Positions 51,401 to 64,000 of a stretch of DNA of 64,000 nucleotides are shown piece by piece (the first letter of the stretch is position 1; every line of letters starts with the position of its first letter). Origin of the DNA: Eledone cirrhosa (Eukaryota); contig OZ024745.1 in the NCBI GenBank assembly GCA_964016885.1, positions 33,542,001 through 33,606,000 of the forward strand, read 5' to 3'. The notes below the pieces were generated by a model. The model was given only the letters and a program-made list of their open reading frames with translations, was not told where the DNA came from and did not search any database. The position numbers and the translations under genes were made by a program.

Positions 51401-54400
51401 ACAAAATGATGATGATGTAAGTGGTGTAAGTGAAAATTTGTAACAACAATTATATTAGTGTTTATAAATATCAACACATAGTGACCACAATATTACTACA
51501 GTCACAATAAACAAATATTCTTCGAAGTGTAGCCTGTCATATATTATCATTGTCACCATTTTACTTTTATTTATTTTTCATGCTTACATGGATTAGATGG
51601 GTTGTCACGTTCTGTGGTTAGACAGGTTAGATGACTGCATCTTGCCCATATATTCAATATATCATCATCATCATCATTATATATGTTTCCTTAATTTACT
51701 AGCAATGCCTTTATTTTGGGTAACTTTTTAATACAATTTGTTACCTTTTGATCATTTTGTGTTACTTTTATGAAATTGATCTGGCAACCCTGATATGAAG
51801 TACAGTAATATATAGTAGTTTTGTTTACTAAATGCCCTCTTTAATCCTAAGCCTGACCCCACAAATGTATATATATACACATACATGTGTATGTGTTTGT
51901 TTGTGTCCTGATAAATGTCTGTGCTTATATCTACTGTTTTTCATGTAATTTAGTTTATCAAACTACTAAGTATAAAGCTTGAAAAAATAAGTATTGGTGT
52001 TGATATGATATGTAAACCCATTCTAGTCGGTGCTGCAACATGACTGCAGTCTAATGACTGAAACCAGTGAAAGAGTAAAAAAAAAAATGTTGAAAATTAT
52101 TTACGGATTACCAAATACTAATTCTATCATTTGGTCTAATATTGTAGGATTTTACTAACACTGATATAATTATTATAAAATACTGAAATCTAATGAAAGA
52201 AAATTCTATTTATGAACACAACTGACCTTCAGTAAAAGTCATTTGAAATGTGATAATTATTTCCACTATTATATACATATTTAATTTGGACTAATATCCT
52301 CATCTTGGTTGTTATAATAATAACCAATATGAAGACACTAGTCTGAACAAATTGATTTATAATAATATTTTCTAATTTTATCAGTTTATAATATCAACAA
52401 TTACTTATGTCTATAATTCAGATAAAATTATTTTCTCAGTGGAAATATAATTAATGAAATATTACTTTTGTAATATTTGAAAACATCTGGTGAGAGGAAT
52501 GGCCAGAAAAAGGTTAATATAGAAGATATTCAAAACAATTTTACATCTTATAATCATATAACAACATGGGAAGGATACATTTAAAAAGAAAAATAGAAAA
52601 TAGATATTTGCACAAAAATTGTTAAAGGAACCATTATTTTTTTTACAATTTCATGTTCTATTGATCATCAATAATTCAATGATAGCAATAAGGGACACTG
52701 AAGCTATCGGAAAGAACAATGCAAATGGCATATCAAAATTAAAACTCCAGACCAGAAGTGCAGCAGTTCAGTATCCTAACCATTCAGTTGTTAGCCTTCT
52801 GACACCAAACCAACTAAAACTGTCTCTGGTTCAATGATACAAAGCTGACTGTTTTAAAGTGTTTACATCGATCTAAAACCCTTTCATCATAATTTTATAT
52901 AAGAATCTTTGTTAAGTTGTGCTCCAAACACTAGCTTAATAATGAGTAAGTTAGTTATATTACTAAATCACTCCAAATTATTGATTATTTTGAAAATTAT
53001 GTGAAAATCATAGGCAATGTCTTTCTTTAGAAATATGGTAACAAAATGGTTTATAATAAATATCCTGCTAAGATAAATCATATTCCTGACTATATATAGC
53101 ATCCGAAAGATTAAGACTCTTTTCCTACTATATCAAGTGTAAAACTAATATATTTTAATGTGTTGTAGCTTTGTTATTTCTGTTTACTTCTTGTGTGTGT
53201 GTATATATATATATTAACTCTGAAAATTTAAACCACAATCAATTCTAAATGTTTCTTCCATATGATATCATCTTCATTTATTCTGCTGCTATTCTTCAGC
53301 AGAGTAACTCCACGTTTCTGTTTGAATAGGACACAATTCTATTAATGATTTTGTTAATCAGAGATATGAACTCAGATTTACAGGTTAACAAACCATTTAT
53401 CAATTAAACGGTGTCTCCTGTGCTCAGCTCCCATTAAAGGGCCTCCTCATTCTGTGATAGTTAATAGTCAAATACATAATATTGTTATAAGTGAAGTGTC
53501 TTTGTCAGAGATACAGTGCAATAACAGTGGTAGTATTCTAACTATAATCAATTACTAACCATATCAACTGATGTTTTAGTTAATTCCATACCCATTTAGT
53601 TAAATATAGGTTCTCTTTTAAACGTTACAGCCTGGGTAAAACTTTTCAAAGATTTGCTTACCAAATTGTCACTCAGGAAATCACAATAATAATATTCCTT
53701 AAAATAGCATGGAAACTGTCATAATTCTTTATACCCTTCCAAAACACTCCAATATTGTAAATAGTATATATATATAAAAATACTATTATATATATGCCAT
53801 AGCAGACGAGTTAATGTCCTTGAATTATAATAGCAGACGCTTCGAACGGTAATAAGCTGACGGAAGTTACTTCCCTTGCTATTTCACCGGTACTGAGACT
53901 ATTCCACTGCAACAGATCGCTTTGTAAAATAATTCTCTCAGGAAAGATATTGTATTGTATATCACCAATATATAATGGAATTGAAACATTATCACAAATA
54001 TATTTAAATTTATTAATTTGAAAATACAAACACATATATCAAGCGTTAATATAATATATATCACCACAAATCCCGCCGAGGTTAACTTTGCCTTTCATCC
54101 TTACAGGGCCGATAAAATAAAGTACCAGTAATGTACTGTTTAATTGCTGGCCTTGTGCCAAAAGTAGAAACAATTATTACCTTGTGTTGTTTTTCCTTGT
54201 AGACATTTCTTTATATATATATATACATATAAAACATGTATACACACTTCAATAGCATTCTAATAAATATTGCCTGTACAGGTAATCAATGTGTATACAT
54301 TTTTTGGGGACACGTATATAAATATAAACTGTTTATTATCGAGGAATTTCTTATAATCTCTACAGCATTAACTATTATTATGGTTTGTACTACTACTACA

Positions 54401-55301
54401 ATTATAATTGATAGCATTAACATAGTAGAAATACAAAAAAAAATAAAACACGAACATAACGTTTTCACTGGAATCAGCTGGAAGATTCTCCTCCTTCTAC
54501 CCCCTCGCTAAGTTATTCTCCTACTTCTACTATTTTAATATTTACATACAGCTAGACAGTGGATTTCAGTCTAATTTTAGCAGCAACAACTAACTCTTAC
54601 TGATCCAAATTATTAGAAAAAAAACAGGAACACAAAACAAAAACAAAAACCAAAAAGAAAATACTTAGCATTTGGTAAATTGTGTTTTATTTCACTGACT
54701 TTCGAATGATGGGAAATACTAAGTTAACCTAAGCCTATATGTTTATTGTTGTTGTTTAGCCCTAGGATAGCCTTCATCCAACTGACTAAACATGCCACAT
54801 AAAGACATCCCTAATGCTTCATTTATCATATACATGATGGCTGCAACTCGATTTCAAGTAATGCCATTGCTTGATACTTAAGCATGAGCATCATGGACAT
54901 GGCTTTTTAGTGCTGGTGTCACAACAAAATGCACCTAGCAAACAATGAAGTGGTAGTGCTGGTGGCACAATAAATAGCACCCAGTTCACTCAGACAAGTG
55001 GTAGTGGCAATGCTATGATAAAATATACCCGGTACACATTGTGAAGTAATTAACATTAGGAAGGTCATCCAGCTGTAGAAACCTTACTTGAATGGACTGT
55101 ATGAGTGAAATGCAGTCATTCAACCTGTCTAGCCCCAGAATGTGATAACCCGTCTGACCCATGGAAGCATGGAAAATAAACATAAAATGGTGATGATATA
55201 TATATATATATACAAAGCAAGCTTGTTTTGAAACAGCAAACGAAGTTTGAAATAAAGTAGAAATATAAGCTTATGCCGTATCTTGACAAAAAAAGAAATT
55301 A

Positions 55302-55658
55302 TGACCTCTGGCGTCACGCAGTAATACAGAGTACCCGACCTCCCATGGGTACAAGCTGAAGCATATAGACAATATGCCCCCACACACCCCACCGCAAGGT
55401 GGTCGTGGAGGTGCCACGGCAAAAAAGCACCCAGCCCACACTGTAAAGTGGACGTGTAGGCACCACGAAAAAGCACCCAGCACTCACTGTAAATGAGGTT
55501 GGTGTTAGGAAGGCCATCCAGCTGTAGAAATCAAGCCAAATCAGTTCCTGTATGAGTAAGGCATGGTCAGCCGACCAGACACTGCCCACAACAGGACAAC
55601 CCGTCTAACTCATGCGAGCGTGGAAGAACGGACGTAAAACGGTGATGATGATGATGAT
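55302..55658 (+). mobile_element. RTE family A 3' end
   Basis: reverse complement of ~57951-58310 including the end of the ORF and the whole UTR. Confidence 0.85.
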
Positions 55659-56479
55659 ATATTTCAGGGGCCGTCAGTCTAAACGAACGGATGTAGACTG
55701 CCCCCTGAATCAAATATCTCCATTTTTATTTTTTGTCTCCGTGTACCCAGCTTGTATTACCATGATTCTTTTACGATTGTTATGCAATGGAATTGATGAT
55801 GTCGCTGGAATTCTACTGGCCATTGAAATATATATAGTGTCTGCAGAAATAAATACTTTCAAGGAATCTTAACTTTCCGGCCTCCTGTCACTTTATTCAA
55901 TATATGTGTACATATACATACTTCATAAATAACAATCAAAGAGTGTTTAAAACATTTAATCAATTATGATCGTTTCATCCAAGCACAAGGCTAGAATCAT
56001 CGGAGTATATAATAAAGGTTGAAACACAAATATAATATCAGAAGTTTGTCATAAGAACATTAGGAGGATGCATAATATAGGAACCCAAGATACAAACACA
56101 CACACATATATATATATATATATGTATGATGGCTGCCCCCTCGTTATCGAGTATGGCCATTGCACAAAAAACAACAACATAATAACGACAAAAATAATAA
56201 TAACAATAATAATAATAAAAATAATAAAAAAAAATATATACACACACACACAATAACAATTAACGGTGCTGCGATCGAATGTGGCTTTTTAGCCCAGCCA
56301 ATGATCTAAAATGTCTGCCTTGCACAGAGTTGTCAACCAAAACATTTACTGGGAATAGCCGGCTGTGGTTGGAGTTCATGTACTTTTGCATGTCGTTTAA
56401 GCCCTCCTGCTTGGCAGGCATGATGAGTGTAGCATCTTAACAGCAGCCTGGTAGTCAACCACTGGTCTCATTTTATGAC

Positions 56480-57005
56480 TGCGAAGATGACTTTCGAGTC
56501 CAGCTTTACTGAGGCAGAGTCTCGCTCAGACGCTGCATGTCAGCGCCATAGGAGGACCTTTGCTGTGTGGAAATGCAACAGCAATGCCCTTCCTCACATC
56601 CATTTTTACTTTCTCGTATATGATTTGAGATGCCTCAAAGGCAACTTTCCCCTCATATACAGTCTTTCTCCATTTATTATGATCAGCAGCTACATTTTCC
56701 CATGTATCAGAAGAGATGTTAGTGTCTTTCAACGAATCCTATACCCCTTTTTTGGTTTATGTGGAGGTCGTTATCTTTTAACTAACTCCCCATAAAAGAG
56801 TTGTTTTGGTATTCTAGAATCCTTCATCCTGGCAAGGTGACCACTCCAACAGAGTCTTTGCTTAAGCACAGAGAGCTTTCCAAAATCCCGACACCACGAT
56901 GTTGTCTCTCCAGTGAATGCCATGGATCCGTCTGAGACACATCTGATGGAAATGCTCCAATTGTTTAAGGTAGTGTCGATATGTGACCCAGGTCTCACAG
57001 GCATA
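56480..57005 (-). mobile_element. decayed BovB-like RTE fragment (third family)
   Basis: RLCWSGHLARMKDSRIPKQLFYGEL; DTWENVAADHNKWRKTV. Confidence 0.75.
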
Positions 57006-57049
57006 AAGAAGAGAAGAATATATATATATATATATATATATGAATATAT

Positions 57050-57050
<1 letters not shown>

Positions 57051-57081
<31 letters not shown>

Positions 57082-57438
57082 TTTACGTCCGCTTTTCCCT
57101 GCTTGCAAGGGTGGGACGGGTCTTATTCAGCACATCATCTCTCCACTCGTCACGGTCCTTCGTCATCTCCACCGTGAGCTTCAATGATCTGAGGTCTGTT
57201 CTCACCACCTCCGCCCATGTTTTTCGTGGTCTACCTCTACCACGTCTTCCTTCAACTGGCATTTCCTGGCACTTCTTCACCCATCGGTCATCCTCCATGC
57301 GCATCACATGTCCATACCACCTCAGTCTCCTCTCCCGTACACTACATTCTATCCCTCTCAGACACAGTTTCTCTCTCAACACATTTATGCTGGGTCGTTC
57401 ATGCACATTTACACTGCACATCCAACGGAGCATGCTTG
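57051..57438 (-). mobile_element. RTE family B 3' fragment
   Basis: 116-aa open C-terminus RLRWYGHVMRM..GRPRKTW; stop directly followed by (TGA)n; (TA)n on both sides. Confidence 0.9.
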
Positions 57439-57458
57439 TATATATATATATATATATA

Positions 57459-57889
57459 TCATCATCATCACCGTTTTACGTCCGTTCTTCCACGCTAGCA
57501 TGAGTTAGACGGGTTGTCCTGTTGTGGGCAGTGTCTGGTCGGCTGACCATGAATTGCTCATACAGGAACTGATTTTGGCTTGATTTCTACAGCTGGATGC
57601 CCTTCCTAACACCAACCTCATTTACAGTGAGTGCTGGGTGCTTTTTCGTGGCGCCTACACGTCCACTTTACAGTGTGGGCTGGGTGCTTTTTTGCCGTGG
57701 CACCTCCACGACCACCTTGCGGTGGGAGGGTGTGGGGGCATATTGTCTATATGCTTCAGCTTGTACCCATGGGAGGTTGGGTACTCTGTATTACTGCGTG
57801 ACGCCAGAGGTCACGGTCGTGTGTCATCGCCTTTGAGAGGTGTAATTGGGTAAGGTTGGCTTTTATCACCTCATCCCAGCTCATCTTGG
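57459..57889 (-). mobile_element. RTE family A 3' fragment
   Basis: near-identical to 57951-58387; (TA)n on both sides. Confidence 0.9.
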
Positions 57890-57914
57890 ATATATGAATA
57901 TATATATATATATA

Positions 57915-57950
<36 letters not shown>

Positions 57951-57953
<3 letters not shown>

Positions 57954-60292
57954 TCATCATCATCATCATCACCGTTTTACGTCCGTTCTTCCACGCTAGC
58001 ATGGGTTAGACGGGTTGTCCTGTTGTGGGCAGTGTCTGGTCGGCTGACCATGCCTTGCTCATACAGGAACTGATCTGGCTTGATTTCTACAGCTGGATGC
58101 CCTTCCTAACACCAACCTCATTTACAGTGAGTGCTGGGTGCTTTTTCGTGGCGCCTACACGTCCACTTTACAGTGTGGGCTGGGTGCTTTTTTGCCGTGG
58201 CACCTCCACGACCACCTTGCGGTGGGGGGGGGGGGCATATTGTTTATATGCTTCAGCATGTACCCATGGGAGGTCGGGTACCCTGTATTACTGCGTGACG
58301 CCAGAAGTCACGGTCGTGTGTCATTGACTTTGAGAGGTGTAGTTGGGTAAGGTCGGCTTTTATCACCTCATCCCAAGTCATCTTGGGTCTCCCCACTCCG
58401 CGGTTTCCATCAACTTCTAGTGCTCTGCACCTTTTTATGCAGCTGTCATCCTTCATACGCATCACATGTCCATACCAGCGTAACCGCCTCTCCTGCACGC
58501 AGCATTTGATTCCTCTTATGCTCAGTCTCTCTCTCAATTCATTTATGCTTTGTCGTTCACGTATATTACTGTTACACATCCATCGGAGCATGCAGGCTTC
58601 GTTTCTCTCTAATCTACGTAAGTCTTCCACCTTCAGCGCCCAGGTCTCACTACCATGCAACATCGCTGTTCGGATACACGCATCATACAGTCTGCCTTTC
58701 ATTCTGAGGGAGAAGCCTTTTGCAGCTAGCAGTGGTAGTAGTTCCCTAAACTTCTTCCATCCCGTTCTTACCCTAGTTATTGTACTTTCTGAGCACCCAC
58801 CTCCGTTGCTAATTCGGTCACCTAGGTAGCAGAAGCTGTCTACTGTTTCTACAGGGCCCTCCCAGAGATTGGTGGTACTTGTTTCCTGTGGCTGTTTGCT
58901 TGCTGTTTCAGCACAGCTGCTGCATGTGAATCCTACATTCTTAATTAAGCTTCCTGAGATCCCGCTACATCTCTTGTGTACCCATTGTTTGCATTTGGGG
59001 CAAAGAATGGAGTTCCTACCTACACCTTTCCTACATACTGAGCAAGGCCATTTCCCTGAGGGGATCTGGGTTCTGTTTTCTCGTCTACTTATAAGGACCT
59101 TAGTCTTTGTCATGTTGACTTTGAGGCCCTTTCTCTCTAGTCCCTGCTTCCAGGTTTGGAATTTATTCTCTAGTTCTACCATAGATTCAGCTATGAGTGC
59201 GAGGTCATCAGCATACAGGAGTTCCCATGGGCATCCGGTCTTAAACTCCTCCGTTATTGCCTGCAGGACTATGATGAACAGGAGAGGGCTAAGAACAGAG
59301 CCCTGGTGGACCCCAACCTGTACGCTAAATTCCTCGCTATACTCATTGCCAATCCTAACTTTGCTGACTGCTCCCCTATACATGGCTTGTACCGCTTTCA
59401 CAAGCCATTCATCTACTCCTAGTTTTCTAAGAGCCCACCAGATTACTGCACGTGGAACTCTGTCAAAGGCTTTCTCAAGGTCGACAAATGCCAAGTAGAG
59501 TGGCTTACTTTTAGCTAGGTACTTTTCCTGTAATTGCCTCACAAGGAAGAGCGCATCAGTGGTGCCTTTCCCTGGAACAAACCCAAATTGCATCTCGTCT
59601 ATATTCACCCGGTCCCTAATCAGCTGTGCTATAACTCTTTCTGTTACTTTCATGACCTGGTCCATCAACTTTATACCTCTATAGTTTCCTCTATCTAGTG
59701 CATCGCCTTTACCTTTGTAGCAGTTGACAATGATGCTACTGCACCAATCTTTTGGTATGGCCCCCTCTAGTATTACCTGGTTAACGATACGTGTGGTTAT
59801 AGTGTGACCTACAGACCCAGATGCCTTCAGCATCTCGGCAGCTATACCCGATGGACCGGTTGCCTTCCCTATCTTCATATCTCTGATTGCCTTACTTACT
59901 ACGCTGCCGCTGACTTGTACTGCTGGTCCCTCTATAGGGTCTACGTGGGGTAGGGTCTCTTCTTCCCATGCATTCTCCTCATTTAGTAATCTATCATAAT
60001 GACTCTTCCATGCATCTTTCTTCTCAGCACTTGTGAGGGCAAGCTCACCTTTATCATTCCGGATACACTTCTCTCCAATGACATCACAACTATCTCTGAC
60101 ACACTGCCTCGCAATCTTGAATACCTCCTGTTTCTGGTCCTCACGTTGTAAAACATGCTTGAATTTTCTATCCTCTGCTTCCCTCCTAGCTAAGTATACT
60201 TGTCGCCTAGCTTCCCTCTTGGTCTCTATGTAATGTACCCTGCTCCCCCCGTTCTTCCATTCTTTCCATGCCTGTCTCTTGGCCTTGACTGC

Positions 60293-60296
<4 letters not shown>
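57951..60296 (-). mobile_element. 5'-truncated RTE LINE family A with uninterrupted RT and PHD-like finger
   Basis: open frame 58253-60296 (about 680 aa): NYRGIKL, QFGF, DLEKAFD, QGSVLSP, YADD, CSVC..CPKC..H..C..CSSC; no endonuclease domain; (TA)n on both sides. Confidence 0.95.
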
Positions 60297-60334
<38 letters not shown>

Positions 60335-60345
60335 TATATATATAT

Positions 60346-60786
60346 TTCGTTTCTGAATTTGTTTAGCAAGATTCTTTATCTGAAAACGTGTGTTGAAACC
60401 GATATTGTTATACTTTGGGAGGGTCATGTTGCCAATAAGGAACACACGCACCAGTTGCTTTCACTTCAATTTATTATAATAAATTTATAAATTTCCGGTT
60501 GGTTGGTTGGTTCCACAACCAGATGGTTGTTTATATATTGTCAAAGTTCTTTCGTCACACATTCTGTGACCTCTTCAGTGACTGGGGATTCTTTTCTTTG
60601 TTTTTTGTGCCTCTCCTTTGTTCTGTCCTATGCCATCTTATTTTTGTGTGTGTGTTGTCATATAAACAACCATCTGGTTGTGGAACCAACCAGCCAACCG
60701 GAAATTTATAAATTTATTATAATAAATTGAAGTGAAAGCAACTGGTGCGCGTGTTTCTTATTGGCAACATGACCCTCCCAAAGTAT

Positions 60787-60793
<7 letters not shown>
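60346..60793. mobile_element. foldback element with ~135-bp inverted arms between (TA)n runs
   Basis: 60402-60536 is the reverse complement of 60660-60793; degenerate CTGAAAA..GAAACCG motif at 60380-60404. Confidence 0.7.
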
Positions 60794-60824
<31 letters not shown>

Positions 60825-60994
60825 GGGGTAACAGATTATTGTTATAGGTAGTCCACTTAAGTGTAGTCCAGTTATGGTACTCCGGGTAGTGGATGATATC
60901 AACGCTTGGCTAAGTTTGACTCAACAAGGCGTTTCCATAGTGATGTTGCGAGTACGCTGTAATTCCTATGTTGTAAACACTTATATATATATAT

Positions 60995-63900
60995 AACTTT
61001 GATAGGTTTCGGCCAGTATTGGCACAGGCCATGTCTAACTTAATAGCACCACCTGGCAAAGTCTTACAAATCAGTGTTTGGGCACCATGGCCCACTTGAG
61101 CAGAGAGTTATTGTTTACGGAGGCATATCCGGGTGTAGGAGGCTTATCCGGGATTTCTTGAAGGAATTTATCCAAAGACTTCTTAAACTTGATAGGGTCT
61201 GTCTCTGCTTTGATGGAGTTTTGGTGTAATGTTAAAGAGTGCAGGGCCAATTGAGGTAAAATAATTGTGCCGTATTGTTGTTATGTGATGCGAGTGTGAT
61301 TTTTGTCGTGGGCGGATAGCACGTGGACCAAGCCTTGGGTGTACACTAAAGGTGATGCAACATCATTTGGGCTAAGTTGACGGAATATTTTCCACATCAT
61401 ACAGATAATGAAGCGCTCATGGCGACGTTGAAGAGAATAAAGTTTGAGCTTTTCTAATCGACCCCAATAGTCAAGGCCTGTCATGCCAATTATCTTTTTT
61501 GTAATTGACCTTTGGGGTGCTTCAACTTTCATGATACTTTGTTTCGTGTGGAGTGACCACAGTAGACAATAGTATTCAAGGTGGGGTCGGGCAAAAGTGG
61601 AGAAGAGAAGGACAACAGTGTGGATATCTCTCGACTGGAAAGTTCTGAGAATCCAGGAACACATTCTGCGGGCCATATCAACTTTGCTGTTTATATGAGT
61701 GGCCCAGCTTATATTGTTGTCCACAATTACTCCCAGGTCTCTGATGTTATTGGAAGCCACTAGAGTTTCACCCGAAGGAAGAGAGTATGGTAGTTTCAGG
61801 GCATCCTTTTTTCCAAAGTGGATTAGTTCAAACTTATCCTCATTCAACAGCATATTATTCATCTCTGCCCATTGGATAACAGCCAGTAGGTCTGACTGAA
61901 GGCAAGTCCAGTCACCCACCTCATTGATGACCCTTTGGAGCTTGGAATCATCTGCGAAGATTCTGATGTTGCTGTGTTTGATGATGTCAGTAATATCATT
62001 AATGTAGATGATGAAAAGAAGTGGGCTCACACAGTGCCTTGTGGGACGCCACTGCTGACTTTGGCAGGGCTGGGTTCTGCCTGTCAGGAAACATTTGATC
62101 CACTGTAGTAACCTTCCAGAGACACCAATATTGGATAGGTTTTTCAGTAGAATCTTATGATCAACCCTGTCGAAGGCCTTGCTGAAATCAAGGTAGATGA
62201 CATCATTGTTGGAGCCCTCTCCCAAGGCTCTCAAAACACCGTCAAAGTGATGCAGGAGCTGCGTTAGGCAGTCCCCTCCATTACGGAACCCATGTTGGTT
62301 GGAGTTCAGCAGGCTGTTGCTTTCAAGAAAGTGGGTTATTCGTGATCTCACCACCCTCTCAAATACCTTGATAATATGAGAGGTGAGTGAGATCGGATGG
62401 TAGTTCACTGCAAGGGACTTATTTCCCTTTTTGAAGACTGGGATAGAAAGTTTTCAGGAATATAGCCAGTGTCCAGTGAGTTCCTCCACAGATTAGCAAG
62501 AGGAGTTGCAAGTTGGTGTCGACACACCTTCAGGACACAAGCAGGGAACCTGTCGGGGCCTACTGCTGAATTGTGTTTAATTTTGTTTATTGCCGCTAAG
62601 ACATCAGGGGCGCCAAATGTTATGTCTGATATAGGGCGTTGGGTGTTAATATCACTGATACGGCCCAGATCGGCCATATCAGGGTTGCTGAAAACAGAGC
62701 AGTATTGTTTCTGCAGTATCTCGCCCATGGTTTTGGCATTGTCTTGGAGTGTGCCATTTTCATCAACTAGGGGGCCAACAGTGGAGACGGTGACCTTGTG
62801 TTTTTTAGCGAATGAGAAGAACACTTTGGGGTTGAGTTTGATTTTCTCAATGGCCCACCTCTCTTCAGCTATTCTCTGGTTATTGATGATGGTCATAATG
62901 CATTGCTGGAGGTTATTTTTTTTTTACTCAAGCAGGGTGATAGCCATTGAATGTGTGTTGCTGTTGGCAGTATTTTAGTGTGTTAATTTTTTTGTTTGTT
63001 CTTTTTATTTTTCTGATAATTGTTTTTCTGTTTTGGGGGATACTGCACTTGGTTTTGTTCACAGGTTTTGGTGGGGTGTGTTTTGTACATATATTTGTGA
63101 CAGTGTCTACAAAGATCTGCCAAGATGTTTTGATGTTGGTAGAAGTGTGCGCGTGTGTAAAAAACCAGTCGACATGTGATAGTTCGTTCATAATTGCATC
63201 CCAGTTGGCATTGTAGAGATCCATGTTATCAAATGGGTGGGCTGGAGAGAGGACCCTGGGATTAGCATTCGGCTGGTGGAATCTCAGGTTACAAAGAACC
63301 ATGTCATGGTCTGAGAGAAGGGTTTTTTCCACTGTAATATTATGTATAGTGTTAGTGTGGTTACTAAACACTAGATCCAGAATGTTCTTCTGATGCCTCA
63401 TTGGTACAAGGACAAGTTGGGACAAGAAAAACTCATTCATGAAGTCAAGAAGTGACTTGACAGCCTCTTTGTCAGTGGTTGAGGCTGTGGAGCCTGGTTT
63501 CAAAATACATGTAGACCAATCGAAAAAAGTATGTTGCTAGAATGGCACTGTTTAATAAAGCATTTAATACTGTTGAGGCATTCTTTGAAACCGATTATGG
63601 GTGTTTGTGGCGGCCTATAGAGCCCAACTAATGTCAGGTCATTGGCTTTATTGTGCAGTGACTGATTCACAGTATCCATTAGAGAATGTTGTGTTGCCAT
63701 CTGCCGTAAAGGAATCATGCAGGAAAATGGCAGTTCCACCCTTCCTTCTGCCAACATGATCCGCACGGATGGTTGTAAAATTTCTCACTCTTACTTCGGC
63801 CTCCAAGTGGGAGTTGTCAAGGTGGGTCTCAGTAAGAATGAAGAAGGGGATGTGAAATGGATTGTTACCAACCCAATCCTCAATGAATTGGATCTTCCAT

Positions 63901-64000
63901 TTCTGTGCATTGATGGACGGGCTGATACCTTGTGTATTGAGTAAGAATGTGGAGGCTAGTGTGGTGGCTGGTTTTGACTGTTGCAGGGGGCTTGTTTTGT
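60995..64000 (-). mobile_element. decayed CR1/L2-group LINE ORF2 (APE plus RT) running off the window
   Basis: GLYRPP, NILDLVF, LSDHD (APE); NYHPISLTS, QHGFR, YLDFSKAFDRV, FADDSKL, RPHLEY; several frameshifts. Confidence 0.9.

Noticed and set aside
51745-54203. Candidate upstream exons (about 51745-51780, 53662-53697, 54181-54203)
   Set aside because: Short AG..GT open stretches with no recognisable CCDC171 or coiled-coil similarity; expected by chance.
58383-59498. Plus-strand ORFs of 148 and 209 aa
   Set aside because: Antisense shadows of the RTE reading frame.
60297-60451. N-terminus of the 732-aa ORF as genuine LINE protein
   Set aside because: Translates (TA)n as IYIY and the foldback arm; LINE homology stops at about 60296.

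Overview
AT-rich, repeat-dense animal genomic DNA; the SINE/LINE landscape and (TA)n/(CAT)n microsatellites suggest a coleoid cephalopod such as an octopus (inference). Eighteen GT-AG exons on the minus strand (48..50067) join in consistent phase into a coiled-coil protein resembling CCDC171; the 5' exons were not found and the 3' end lies beyond base 1. The introns and upstream region hold a near full-length decayed CR1-clade LINE with a PHD-type ORF1, a second CR1-like LINE, several RTE-clade LINE families (one copy with an uninterrupted RT plus PHD-like finger), two tRNA-derived SINE families, a non-autonomous Helitron, hAT/piggyBac/mariner derivatives, Penelope-type foldback remnants and minisatellites. 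Main observations: (1) a tandemly duplicated 162-nt exon whose copies differ at 27/162 nt and 18/54 aa while the flanking intron differs by only about 5%; (2) several minimal hammerhead-ribozyme-like motifs, some sharing a non-canonical core; (3) RTE copies that stack inside (TA)n runs and share modules with a chimeric SINE; (4) an inverted SINE pair next to a splice acceptor. All alignments and counts were done by eye.
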